Below, piece by piece: positions 1-7,567 of a DNA stretch of 64,000 nucleotides (positions are counted from its first letter, which is position 1; each line of letters begins with the position of its first letter). The DNA lies in contig JAFECG010000019.1 of the NCBI GenBank assembly GCA_018242215.1, positions 547,994-611,993 of the forward strand. The letters are read 5' to 3'. The stretch is from Pseudomonadota bacterium (GTDB taxonomy: Bacteria; Pseudomonadota; Alphaproteobacteria; Rhizobiales; Hyphomicrobiaceae). Position numbers and translations under genes: made by a program. The notes under the pieces were generated by a model. The model did no database searches. It was not told where the DNA came from and saw nothing but the letters and a program-made list of their open reading frames with translations.

Positions 1-411
1 GGACGCAAGCGCCAGCACAAGCGCGCGGTCTCGCTTCGTGACGGGCGCCAAATGGCTTTTGAAGTCCATCGACGGCGAGATGTCGGGCCAGAGGTAGAGC
101 GTGTGCGCGGCTTCCCATTCGCGCTCGCGCACGAAGAGATGATCGGAACTCGCGGATCGGCGCCAATCGACGAGGCTCGCGTTCTCGCCGGACTGATATT
201 GGCGGAATTGCCAGAATGTTTCGCCGGGGCCGGCGCGGCGGCGTCCGTGAATGCCCTGCGCGACGGTCGAGGCGATGCGCGCCGCTTCCATCAGCAATTC
301 CGGCATCCGGTCGACGAGGGTGACGGCTTCGCGCTCAAGCGCGAGAACGCGCCGGCTCTCGGCGTTCGGGCCTTCGCTTCCGCTGTTTCTCCGCCCAAGT
401 GGGCTCGCCAT
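1..411 (-). CDS. DUF58 domain protein (5' part only; gene runs off the left edge)
   Basis: Hand translation of the minus strand from the ATG at complement 409-411 gives MASPLGRRNSGSEG...AQGIHGRRRAGPGETFWQFRQYQSGENASLVDWRRSASSDHLFVREREWEAAHTLYLWPDISPSMDF. The G-x-G-E-x-F...R-x-Y...D-W-R pattern is the DUF58 signature. The gene starts 8 nt after the MoxR stop, the usual MoxR-DUF58 order. It is absent from the ORF track because it has no stop in the window. Confidence 0.75.
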   Translation of the reverse strand, partial: MASPLGRRNSGSEGPNAESRRVLALEREAVTLVDRMPELLMEAARIASTVAQGIHGRRRAGPGETFWQFRQYQSGENASLVDWRRSASSDHLFVREREWEAAHTLYLWPDISPSMDFKSHLAPVTKRDRALVLALAS

Positions 412-418
412 CCCGCAC

Positions 419-1417
<999 letters not shown>

Positions 1418-1606
1418 AAAGGGGGCCTCGTGCAGCTGCGTATTGCCTGTCCCAGTGGCGAAATTCGCCTTGCAAAACAAAGGCCGAGCGGCTGCATTCC
1501 CGGCGCTGGGATAAGCCTAGACGATCCTGCCCGGCCCTCATAGGGTCAAGTGAATGTTACGTTAGGATGTGGTGCATCTGAAGGCACCTTTTGCAAGCGG
1601 GCGCAA

Positions 1607-2212
1607 ATGCCGACTGAAAAACCGCAAGTTGCTTCTCCGAATGGAAATTCTGACGCACGGCCCTCGGGTTTGGAGGCGCTTTTGCGTGCGGCGTCGGAGG
1701 GCGGCGCCCACGGTGCGAGACCAGTGGAAAAGTGGGATCCGCCCTACTGCGGCGACATCGGCATGGCGATCCGCCGCGACGGGACGTGGACGTATCAGGG
1801 CAGTCCGATCGGGCGCATGGCGCTCGTCAAGCTCTTCGCGTCGATTTTGAGAAAGGACGACGACGGACGAACGTATCTGGTCACGCCTGCCGAGAAGGTG
1901 GATGTGGCCGTCGAGGACGCGCCGTTCCTCGCGGTCGAGATGGCGGTGTCCGGTGAGGGACGCGAGCAGGCGCTGACGTTCCGCACGAATGTCGATGACG
2001 TGGTGACGGCCGGCCCCGAGCATCCGTTGCGGTTCGAGGTGAGTGGGCCTGACGGCGGGTTGAAGCCGTATGTGTTGGTGCGCGGGCGCTTGGAGGCGCT
2101 GGCGACGCGGGCGGTTTATGCGGAGTTGGTGGAGTTGGCGGAGGCGGGTGGCGACGGCGCGGGCGATGATGTGGGCGTGTGGAGCGGCGGCGTGTGGTGG
2201 GGGTTGGAATAA
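1607..2212 (+). CDS. DUF1285 domain protein
   Basis: Track ORF 1550..2212, with the start moved to ATG 1607 (MPTEKPQ...). The core WDPPYCGDIGMAIRRDGTWTYQGSPIGRMALVKLFASILRKDDDGRTYLVTP is what I recognise as DUF1285, which is often near MoxR in alphaproteobacteria. The family assignment is from memory. Confidence 0.7.
   Translation: MPTEKPQVASPNGNSDARPSGLEALLRAASEGGAHGARPVEKWDPPYCGDIGMAIRRDGTWTYQGSPIGRMALVKLFASILRKDDDGRTYLVTPAEKVDVAVEDAPFLAVEMAVSGEGREQALTFRTNVDDVVTAGPEHPLRFEVSGPDGGLKPYVLVRGRLEALATRAVYAELVELAEAGGDGAGDDVGVWSGGVWWGLE
2147..2203 (+). repeat. Copy A of a 57-nt direct repeat (native 3' end of the DUF1285 CDS, encodes GGDGAGDDVGVWSGGVWWG)
   Basis: Hand alignment with 2809-2865 gives 46 of the first 56 positions identical. 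Eight of the 10 differences fall on third codon positions of the DUF1285 frame. Confidence 0.85.
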
Positions 2213-2257
2213 GAGCGCCACTCTCCATTCGCGACGCTTTCGTCGACGCCGCGGCGT

Positions 2258-2745
2258 TTACAAACGAACCTTCGCATTCTGATTGCGGTCGATCTCGGGC
2301 CGCTCGCCCTTAACGTACGCCGCTGCGGCCCGAAAGGCATATTTTACGGCTTGTGTCCCGCTCGTATCCCAGAACTCCGCGTCGGTCGGATCGACGCGAA
2401 TGAGCCCCAGATTGGGATCATCTTTGCCATCAGGGAACCACACGCGCCACGCTTCCGACCAGAGCTTGTCGATCAGCGCCCGATCGCGAACGAGCTGTGC
2501 GCGCCCATTGAAACTGACGAATTTGTGTCCGCTCTGAAACGTCGCCATGACGGCGGATCGGCTTCGATCTCACGAGCCTTGGGCGAATCCAGGCTCGTGG
2601 GGAAATAGAGATCGCCGCTGTCTTGGACGGACGCCAACGCCATCGGGCGGCCGTGCAATTGGCCTTCGGGCCGCGTAATCAGAATTCCGGTATCGAAGCT
2701 CTTGATGAGCTCCAACACATGTTTTTGCGGGTCTTCGGATGTCAC
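2258..2745 (-). pseudogene. PNPOx-like / general stress protein 26 family gene, split by a frameshift
   Basis: The N-terminal half sits in one frame, starting at GTG complement 2743-2745: VTSEDPQKHVLELIKSFDTGILITRPEGQLHGRPMALASVQDSGDLYFPTSLDSPKAREIEADP. The C-terminal half sits in another frame (track ORF 2258..2548): MATFQSGHKFVSFNGRAQLVRDRALIDKLWSEAWRVWFPDGKDDPNLGLIRVDPTDAEFWD. Together they give a normal ~160-aa pyridoxamine-5'-phosphate-oxidase-like protein. The frames switch at about 2548-2556 (gatccgccgtcatg on the minus strand). Confidence 0.7.
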
Positions 2746-2808
2746 GGCTTCAGCTCCGCTGTTGGGTAAAATGCCAACGCGCGCGGCCAACGCGGGGTTC
2801 CGGTGGGC

Positions 2809-2865
2809 GGTGGTGATGGTGCGGGCGATGAGGTTGGGGTGTGGAGTGGCGGGACGTGGTGGGGT
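2809..2865 (+). repeat. Copy B of the 57-nt repeat: orphan fragment of a DUF1285 3' end (would encode GGDGAGDEVGVWSGGTWWG)
   Basis: See copy A. No DUF1285-like sequence precedes it, because an in-frame stop lies at 2767-2769. It has no stop where the gene ends in copy A. It lies 55 nt from the stop of the retron RT. Confidence 0.8.
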
Positions 2866-2920
2866 GATCTCGACTATGAAACGTTTGGCCCTTCCCTGCG
2901 ACTTCAGAGAGTCGCTTATA

Positions 2921-4633
2921 TTAGTTTTTCCTGTAATCGGCGATCGCCCCCTCAATTAGAGAGAATAAGCTATCAAATCCTCCAAAATCGATCTCGCCAG
3001 CGTGCGTTTCAACCACTTTCTTTGCGAACGCAACTTTCCCAAGCGAAGTGTGGTCCCCGTGCTTTTTGGATGGATCGAATATTTTTCCATCGACCGAAAA
3101 TTTAAGCCACTTCTCCGGAAATAATTCCTCAATACTCTTTGGACTTTTGCTTCCGCCGTGAGGAACTTTTACCAGATAAAGATTATCGCCAAGATGGTGC
3201 CAGCAATCATTCGATTCTATCGATATTTCGATGTCCTTCTTAAGCGTGGCTTTCGCAGCGTCTTTCGCAACCTTGAATATAGACTTTTTGCTTCCATCAT
3301 CGTTGTCGATCAATATTATGATAGGAAAAGCAGAGGGGCGGCCAAATGCGGAAATCTCCTTTGCATATGTCGCGACTAGTTTTCCGATTCCTCCACATCC
3401 GTCGCCGAGTCCCAAAACCTCTTTAACAGTTTTTGAGTTTTTCAGAAATCGTATCTGTAGCGTTTTGTCGAATAGCAACGGAAATTTCTTCTTGGAATGC
3501 CGAATAGCTGTACGAAGATAAATTATATCGGAGGCACCCTCCGTAATAATTAATGGCCTCTCCTGCGCGAAAAAATTCTTATAAAAGAGAAATTTCTTAT
3601 ACAGACGTAACGTTCCGGGAGGTGGGTCGAACTTTCTCGATTTCTTCTGCTGATCCGTGAGATCAACGCGCGTTTTTACTGCATGGATATGACATAATTT
3701 GCCTTCCAAAATATCGAGATTCTTAATTAGCTTGGGCGCTTCACCCTCTTTCGTGTTCTGGAGAAAATATGCGTCTTTTTTAAATAGGTGATTGCACATA
3801 GCACGCGTTTGTCTGCAATATTCTTCCTTTATATTCACCTTTTTGTTGACGACCAAGCCAGTTGCGAGTTGTCGAGAACCGACGATCTGCATCCGCGTTT
3901 TTTGAGGGTTTATTTCAAAGCCCGCCTGCTTAATCAGGCCTTCGAGCTTCGTGGACACTGACCATTTACCTGGGTCTTGGGCGTCGCGAATTGCAATTGA
4001 AGATGGGAATTCTCGCTCGTTTGTGGAAAACGTCATGTCGTCGGCATATCGCGTATATCTACATTTGGATTCTTTGGCCAACTTGAGCATTTTCACGTCT
4101 AGGATATGCCCAATGAGATTCGATATGACGGGAGAACACGGGCTGCCTTGAGGCAGGGAGTTTTCCCAGCAGGCAATTTGGGCTATTGCGGTGCAAATTT
4201 CTTTATCGAGCAGGAATTCTCGGTCTTTGTTAAAAAATCCTCTGACTCGACCAAAATTAATCGAATCGAAGAAATCTTTGACATCCACATTGAAGACGTA
4301 TCTTCTATTTTTATGTCGGTCGGCGTTGGTTATTATAGATCGGCCCGGCTGAAATCCGTGCGTTACTTTTTTCCTGTTAGGCTGCGCGTTTTCAATTTCT
4401 TTTGTGCATTCATAGAGTTTCGACGCAAGTCGCCTTTGGACTAATTTAATATGCGAATTAGGCGCGGATATTTCACGATGACCACCCGATCTCTTCGGAA
4501 TTTGAAATTTATGATATTTTGCTTCCTGCGGAATTACAAACAATGCGTACGTAAGTCCTGAGGGAGTAACGCCTAGAATTTTCGCAAGATCGGACCGAGT
4601 TCTTGCATTCTTCAATTTTTGAAGTGTGGACAT
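2921..4633 (-). CDS. Retron-type reverse transcriptase fused to a C-terminal TOPRIM domain (Ec67 / Retron-Eco2-like)
   Basis: Track ORF 2921..4735. RT motifs are in order: IPKRSGGHREISAP; HGFQPGRSIITNADRH (retron NAxxH); VFNVDVKDFFDSI; LPQGSPCSPVISNL; RYADDMTFS (YADD); GFEINPQKT; RQLATGLVVN (variant of the retron VTG motif). The C-terminal ~230 aa carry a TOPRIM-like E...DxD pair: PLIITEGASDIIYL and IIILIDNDDG. The N-terminus DLAKILGV...YHKFQIPKRSGG is typical of retron RTs. I moved the start to the ATG at complement 4631-4633 (MSTLQKLKN...), because the upstream 34 codons overlap the structured RNA candidate. The region is strongly AT-rich compared with its surroundings. Confidence 0.9.
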   Translation of the reverse strand: MSTLQKLKNARTRSDLAKILGVTPSGLTYALFVIPQEAKYHKFQIPKRSGGHREISAPNSHIKLVQRRLASKLYECTKEIENAQPNRKKVTHGFQPGRSIITNADRHKNRRYVFNVDVKDFFDSINFGRVRGFFNKDREFLLDKEICTAIAQIACWENSLPQGSPCSPVISNLIGHILDVKMLKLAKESKCRYTRYADDMTFSTNEREFPSSIAIRDAQDPGKWSVSTKLEGLIKQAGFEINPQKTRMQIVGSRQLATGLVVNKKVNIKEEYCRQTRAMCNHLFKKDAYFLQNTKEGEAPKLIKNLDILEGKLCHIHAVKTRVDLTDQQKKSRKFDPPPGTLRLYKKFLFYKNFFAQERPLIITEGASDIIYLRTAIRHSKKKFPLLFDKTLQIRFLKNSKTVKEVLGLGDGCGGIGKLVATYAKEISAFGRPSAFPIIILIDNDDGSKKSIFKVAKDAAKATLKKDIEISIESNDCWHHLGDNLYLVKVPHGGSKSPKSIEELFPEKWLKFSVDGKIFDPSKKHGDHTSLGKVAFAKKVVETHAGEIDFGGFDSLFSLIEGAIADYRKN

Positions 4634-4652
4634 TTTGGAAACCCAAAAAGAG

Positions 4653-4773
4653 AAGCTTGTGAGCACTCCTCTGCGTGAGGTTGCGAGCGATAAAGAGTTG
4701 TAGCGTAGAGGCAGTACTCTGGACATTTCTGTCATAGATCGCGAAACGCGATCATAAATCTGCTCACAAGCTT
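4653..4773 (-). ncRNA. Candidate retron msr-msd non-coding RNA
   Basis: On the minus strand, AAGCTTGTGAGCA (complement of 4761-4773) and its exact reverse complement TGCTCACAAGCTT (complement of 4653-4665) bracket 95 nt and end 19 nt before the RT ATG. This is the a1/a2 arrangement of retrons. A G follows the 5' repeat immediately (complement of 4760). Two hairpins follow: GATCGCG-TTT-CGCGATC and GACA-GAAA-TGTC. The 3' part shows only short pairings (CCTCT.../...AGAGG). The ends and the branching G are not established. Confidence 0.55.
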
Positions 4774-4801
4774 GCCCCGATTTTGAGCCTGATTCTTCTT
4801 A

Positions 4802-4830
4802 TGCCGCAACTCGGCGGCACGTTTTCGTTT
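4802..4830 (+). terminator. Terminator-like hairpin plus T-run at the GC/AT transition right of the retron
   Basis: The stem is tgccgc(4802-4807), loop aactcg, gcggca(4814-4819), followed by cgttttcgttt. It is oriented for the plus strand, where no gene ends here, so its function is unclear. Confidence 0.3.
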
Positions 4831-5080
4831 CAGCCAGAAAAAACTTATCCCCGCTCTGAAAACCTCCCGCATACTTCCTCGCATCCCGCCGCGACTTGCA
4901 AGGGCGCGAAACTCGAGCATGGGGTTTTGCTTGCGGATGGGAGCGTGCCGGGCCGCCAGCGATATCGGCGCGCCTGGGGATTCCTGCCGGCCGCGAGAGG
5001 TCCTCCAAGACAGGTGAGGTGCCGCGGTTCAACTCCCGCTCCAACGCGAGATGCACGGGAGGATGGTGGGTTCACGGCTC

Positions 5081-5102
5081 GAAAGAACGCCTGCGTTCTT
5101 TC
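5081..5102. terminator. Perfect palindromic hairpin (possible bidirectional terminator)
   Basis: The sequence gaaagaacgc-ct-gcgttctttc forms a 9-10 bp stem with A-rich and T-rich arms, so it reads as hairpin plus U-rich arm on either strand. It lies in the non-coding stretch downstream of the 5378 membrane-protein gene. Confidence 0.35.
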
Positions 5103-5268
5103 AGGTTGCGAGTGCCCGGGAATGCCGGTTCGGCCGCCGCCCGGAGCATGAACAAGACTTGGCACTGTCACGGGGCGGCGAAGGCTGCATCCGAAATTGA
5201 AAATGACAAGAGCGAGAGGCCCCGCCGTCCCGTCCCTTGTTTGTTGGCGCCTCCGACTCTGCTCCGCA

Positions 5269-5358
5269 GAGCCGGCCGTCGGCGCACGGATGTTTGAGCC
5301 GGCCGCCGATCAGTTTTTCGTTTGCGATCGGCGACTCGCGTTCCGCGAGCCGGCCGCC
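5269..5358. repeat. Three copies of GAGCCGGCCG(C/T)C interleaved with two hairpins
   Basis: The copies are gagccggccgtc at 5269-5280, gagccggccgcc at 5296-5307 and gagccggccgcc at 5347-5358. The hairpins are gccgccgatc(5302-5311)/gatcggcgac(5326-5335) and ctcgcg(5335-5340)-ttc-cgcgag(5344-5349). Confidence 0.6.
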
Positions 5359-5377
5359 AATCGCGTGGGCCGTTGGG

Positions 5378-5659
5378 TCAGGGATGATCCTGCCGGAAAT
5401 AGGTCTTCGACTTGATGTGCAGGAGCACGATCGGCATCGCCATCAAAAGTGCCGCAAGCACGAACCATCCGATGAGGTTCGTCGTGTCGAGCACGCCCGC
5501 GTCGTTCGCCGCCACGTAGCAGGCCATCCCCATCGGCAGGAACAGGATCACGGCCGTGATCAATCCCGGCGAGAAGCGTCCGCGCATTTTGAAAAACGGC
5601 GCGATGTGAAAGAAGACGGCGTTGATCAGCATCAGCGCCGGGAACGCCAGCGCGATCAC
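5378..5659 (-). CDS. Small integral membrane protein (about 3 TM helices), possibly a truncated gene
   Basis: Track ORF 5378..5752. The hydrophobic product reads IALAFPALMLINAVFFHIAPFF...GLITAVILFLPMGMACYV...LIGWFVLAALLMAMPIVLL. I moved the start to GTG at complement 5657-5659 to avoid a 58-nt overlap with the upstream gene. No family was recognised with confidence. Confidence 0.45.
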   Translation of the reverse strand: MIALAFPALMLINAVFFHIAPFFKMRGRFSPGLITAVILFLPMGMACYVAANDAGVLDTTNLIGWFVLAALLMAMPIVLLHIKSKTYFRQDHP

Positions 5660-5693
5660 GCGACTTCTGCCAGGGCGGATCGATCGCGCGCGG

Positions 5694-6992
5694 CTATTCG
5701 ACGGGAACGGATCGCGGCGCTGCGATGCGGCGCCGGTCGGGATTGCGGCCATTATGTTCGTGATAGGCGCGCCGATAAAGTCCGCAATCGGCGCAGGAGA
5801 GTTTTACGCCGCACTCCACCGCCCAACAGTGAACCTCGTCAATCCTGTCGAGCAGAAGGCGATCGAGGTGCAGATTGCGCGCGGACTTGACGACAACGAC
5901 TTCGCCTTCGACCGCCGTTTCCTTGAGGTGGATCGACAGGTCCCTGAGGCTCGAAAAGCTTCGGAATTTTCCGCTTTCGACGTCGGCGGCCGGGGCGCGT
6001 GCCTTATGGCCCCAAGGGCCGACAAAGCAGACCTCGTCGGCGACCTTCGACGCGGCGGCATAGGTGTCCTTATATTTTTTCGTCGCGTTGCCGGAGTAGT
6101 CGCTGATCTGTCCCATGACGAACCGCTTTTTCGGGGCGGCCATCGCATTCAGTGTTTCGAGCGGAAGATGGAGGCTGTGATAGGGCGCCTTCGCGGTATC
6201 GAGAATCATTCTCGTTCCGTCGGCGAGGGTATGCAGACTCATACGGCCGCGAACCGGTGTGAACGAGGCGATGCGATCTTTCACCATTGCGGGTGGAATG
6301 CCGAGCTCGAGCGCGCAGGTCGCGGCGGCTGCGACCGACAGCCAATTGTATTTGCCGAGAAGCTGCGTGTTGAGGGGCACGGTGAGATCGCCGTGCCTCA
6401 GCGTGAACGAGAGGACGCCGTTCTGGCAAATCGAAATGTTCTCGACGCGGTAATCGCCGCCGCTCGTTCCGAAGGTCACCGCGCGGGCGGCCGTCAATTC
6501 CGACATCGCGCGGACGTGGGGATCGTCGAAATTCAAAATGGCCACGCCGGTATGCGGAAGCCTGGCGACAAACGACGACTTCTCTGTCGCGACGGCGTCG
6601 ATGTTGCGGAAGGCCGTGTAGTGCTCGATGGCCACGAGCGTGACGACGGCAACGTCTGGGCTGATGAGGGCCGCCGATTTCGGCAAATCGCCAGGACGTT
6701 CGGTGCCTTGCTCGATCGCCACGTAGCGATGGTCGCGCCGCAGGGCATTGAGTGTCTTTAGCGCGTCACCGTACATGTTGGTGGCTATTTGCGACAAGAC
6801 CGGGCCGTCGCCGGAAAGAATGTGAGTGAGCAGCGCGGTCGTTGTCGTCTTTCCGCTGCTGCCCGTGACGGCAATTACAGTTGCCGACGTCATCTTGCGC
6901 TTGAGCTTTGCACGAAGCGCGCGCAGTTTCGATTTGATGCGCCTGCGGACGTCCTTTGCTCGCTGCACAGTCTTGCTGATCGCGCCGGTCAC
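5694..6992 (-). CDS. Mur ligase family protein (central plus C-terminal domains only) with a Cys-rich tail
   Basis: Track ORF. The P-loop VIAVTGSSGKTTTTALL sits about 40 aa from the N-terminus, so no Mur N-terminal substrate domain is present. It is preceded by a basic helix, RAKDVRRRIKSKLRALRAKLKRK. The body resembles MurF/Mpl-type ligases. The C-terminal extension is HCWAVECGVKLSCADCGLY. An alternative start is the ATG at 6893 (MTSATVIAV). Confidence 0.7.
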   Translation of the reverse strand: MTGAISKTVQRAKDVRRRIKSKLRALRAKLKRKMTSATVIAVTGSSGKTTTTALLTHILSGDGPVLSQIATNMYGDALKTLNALRRDHRYVAIEQGTERPGDLPKSAALISPDVAVVTLVAIEHYTAFRNIDAVATEKSSFVARLPHTGVAILNFDDPHVRAMSELTAARAVTFGTSGGDYRVENISICQNGVLSFTLRHGDLTVPLNTQLLGKYNWLSVAAAATCALELGIPPAMVKDRIASFTPVRGRMSLHTLADGTRMILDTAKAPYHSLHLPLETLNAMAAPKKRFVMGQISDYSGNATKKYKDTYAAASKVADEVCFVGPWGHKARAPAADVESGKFRSFSSLRDLSIHLKETAVEGEVVVVKSARNLHLDRLLLDRIDEVHCWAVECGVKLSCADCGLYRRAYHEHNGRNPDRRRIAAPRSVPVE

Positions 6993-7129
6993 GTGGGGGC
7001 CCTTCGCAATGATCGATCTCGAATGTCAGCATACGGAAATCATACAGGCTTTGCCGATGCAACAGGGTGCAATTCCCAAAAAAATGCGAACGATCCACAG
7101 GTGCATGGGAAAAGAGGCGCCGGGTTTGG

Positions 7130-7543
7130 CTAACGACTTTTTCGACCCGGTACGACTTCGCCGTCTTCTTTTGTGAAGGGGTCGGGGCCTGCATTCGGCA
7201 AGATCTCGAGGACCGTTTCGGACGGACGGCAGAGACGGGTTCCAAGCGGCGTCACGACGATCGGCCGGTTGATAAGGACGGGATGCTCGAGCATGAACGT
7301 GACAAGATCGTCGTCCGTCCATTTGGGGTTGTCGAGGTCCAGCTCGGCAAAGGGCGTGCCCTTGCGGCGCAGGAGATCCCGCGGCGCGATCTCCATTGCA
7401 CGGATGAGCGTCTTTAATTCGGCCCGCGTCGGCGGCGTCTTCAGATACTCGACGATGCGCGGTTCCTCGCCGGATTGGCGGATCATCGCAAGCGTGTTGC
7501 GGGATGTTCCGCAGCTCGGATTATGATAGATTGTGATCGCCAT
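7130..7543 (-). CDS. arsC: Arsenate reductase, glutaredoxin-coupled (R773 ArsC type)
   Basis: The stretches MAITIYHNPSCGTSRNTLAMIR...HPVLINRPIVVTPLGTRLCRPSETVLEIL are near-collinear with classical ArsC, including the catalytic Cys in HNPSCGTSRN. Confidence 0.85.
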   Translation of the reverse strand: MAITIYHNPSCGTSRNTLAMIRQSGEEPRIVEYLKTPPTRAELKTLIRAMEIAPRDLLRRKGTPFAELDLDNPKWTDDDLVTFMLEHPVLINRPIVVTPLGTRLCRPSETVLEILPNAGPDPFTKEDGEVVPGRKSR

Positions 7544-7567
7544 CGCTGCGGTCTATCTTGCTTGGAC

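Noticed and set aside
2803-3105. 100-aa ORF starting in DUF1285 repeat copy B and continuing antisense into the 3' end of the RT gene.
   Set aside because: Only its first ~20 residues resemble anything (the DUF1285 tail). The rest is antisense to a well-supported CDS, so I treat it as a gene fragment rather than a gene.
4634-4735. N-terminal 34-codon extension of the RT ORF (start at 4735), and the 62-aa ORF 4732..4920(-).
   Set aside because: The extension has no counterpart in retron RT N-termini. It runs through the inverted-repeat/hairpin region that fits an msr-msd RNA. MSTLQKLKN...DLAKILGV aligns with the usual retron RT start.
2888-4900. Possible target-site duplication flanking the islet: ccctgcgacttcaga near 2893 and ccgccgcgacttgcaa near 4888.
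   Set aside because: Only GCGACTT (7 nt) is shared exactly. That is too short and too degenerate to distinguish from chance in GC-rich DNA.
5026-5039. GGTTCAACTCCCGC, which resembles the T-arm of tRNA/tmRNA. This raised the idea that the retron islet is integrated at ssrA or a tRNA gene.
   Set aside because: The flanking bases give only a 2-4 bp T-stem. There is no 7-bp acceptor stem, no CCA, no UUCGAC D-like element and no ANDN-type tag reading frame on either strand within 400 nt. No matching partial copy occurs at the other end of the islet.
5160-5260. Minus-strand reading ANKQGTGRRGLSLLSFSISDAAFAAP-stop, considered as a tmRNA tag.
   Set aside because: It is far longer than alphaproteobacterial tags. 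It lacks the ANDN start and the (L/V)AA end, and no tRNA-like domain accompanies it.
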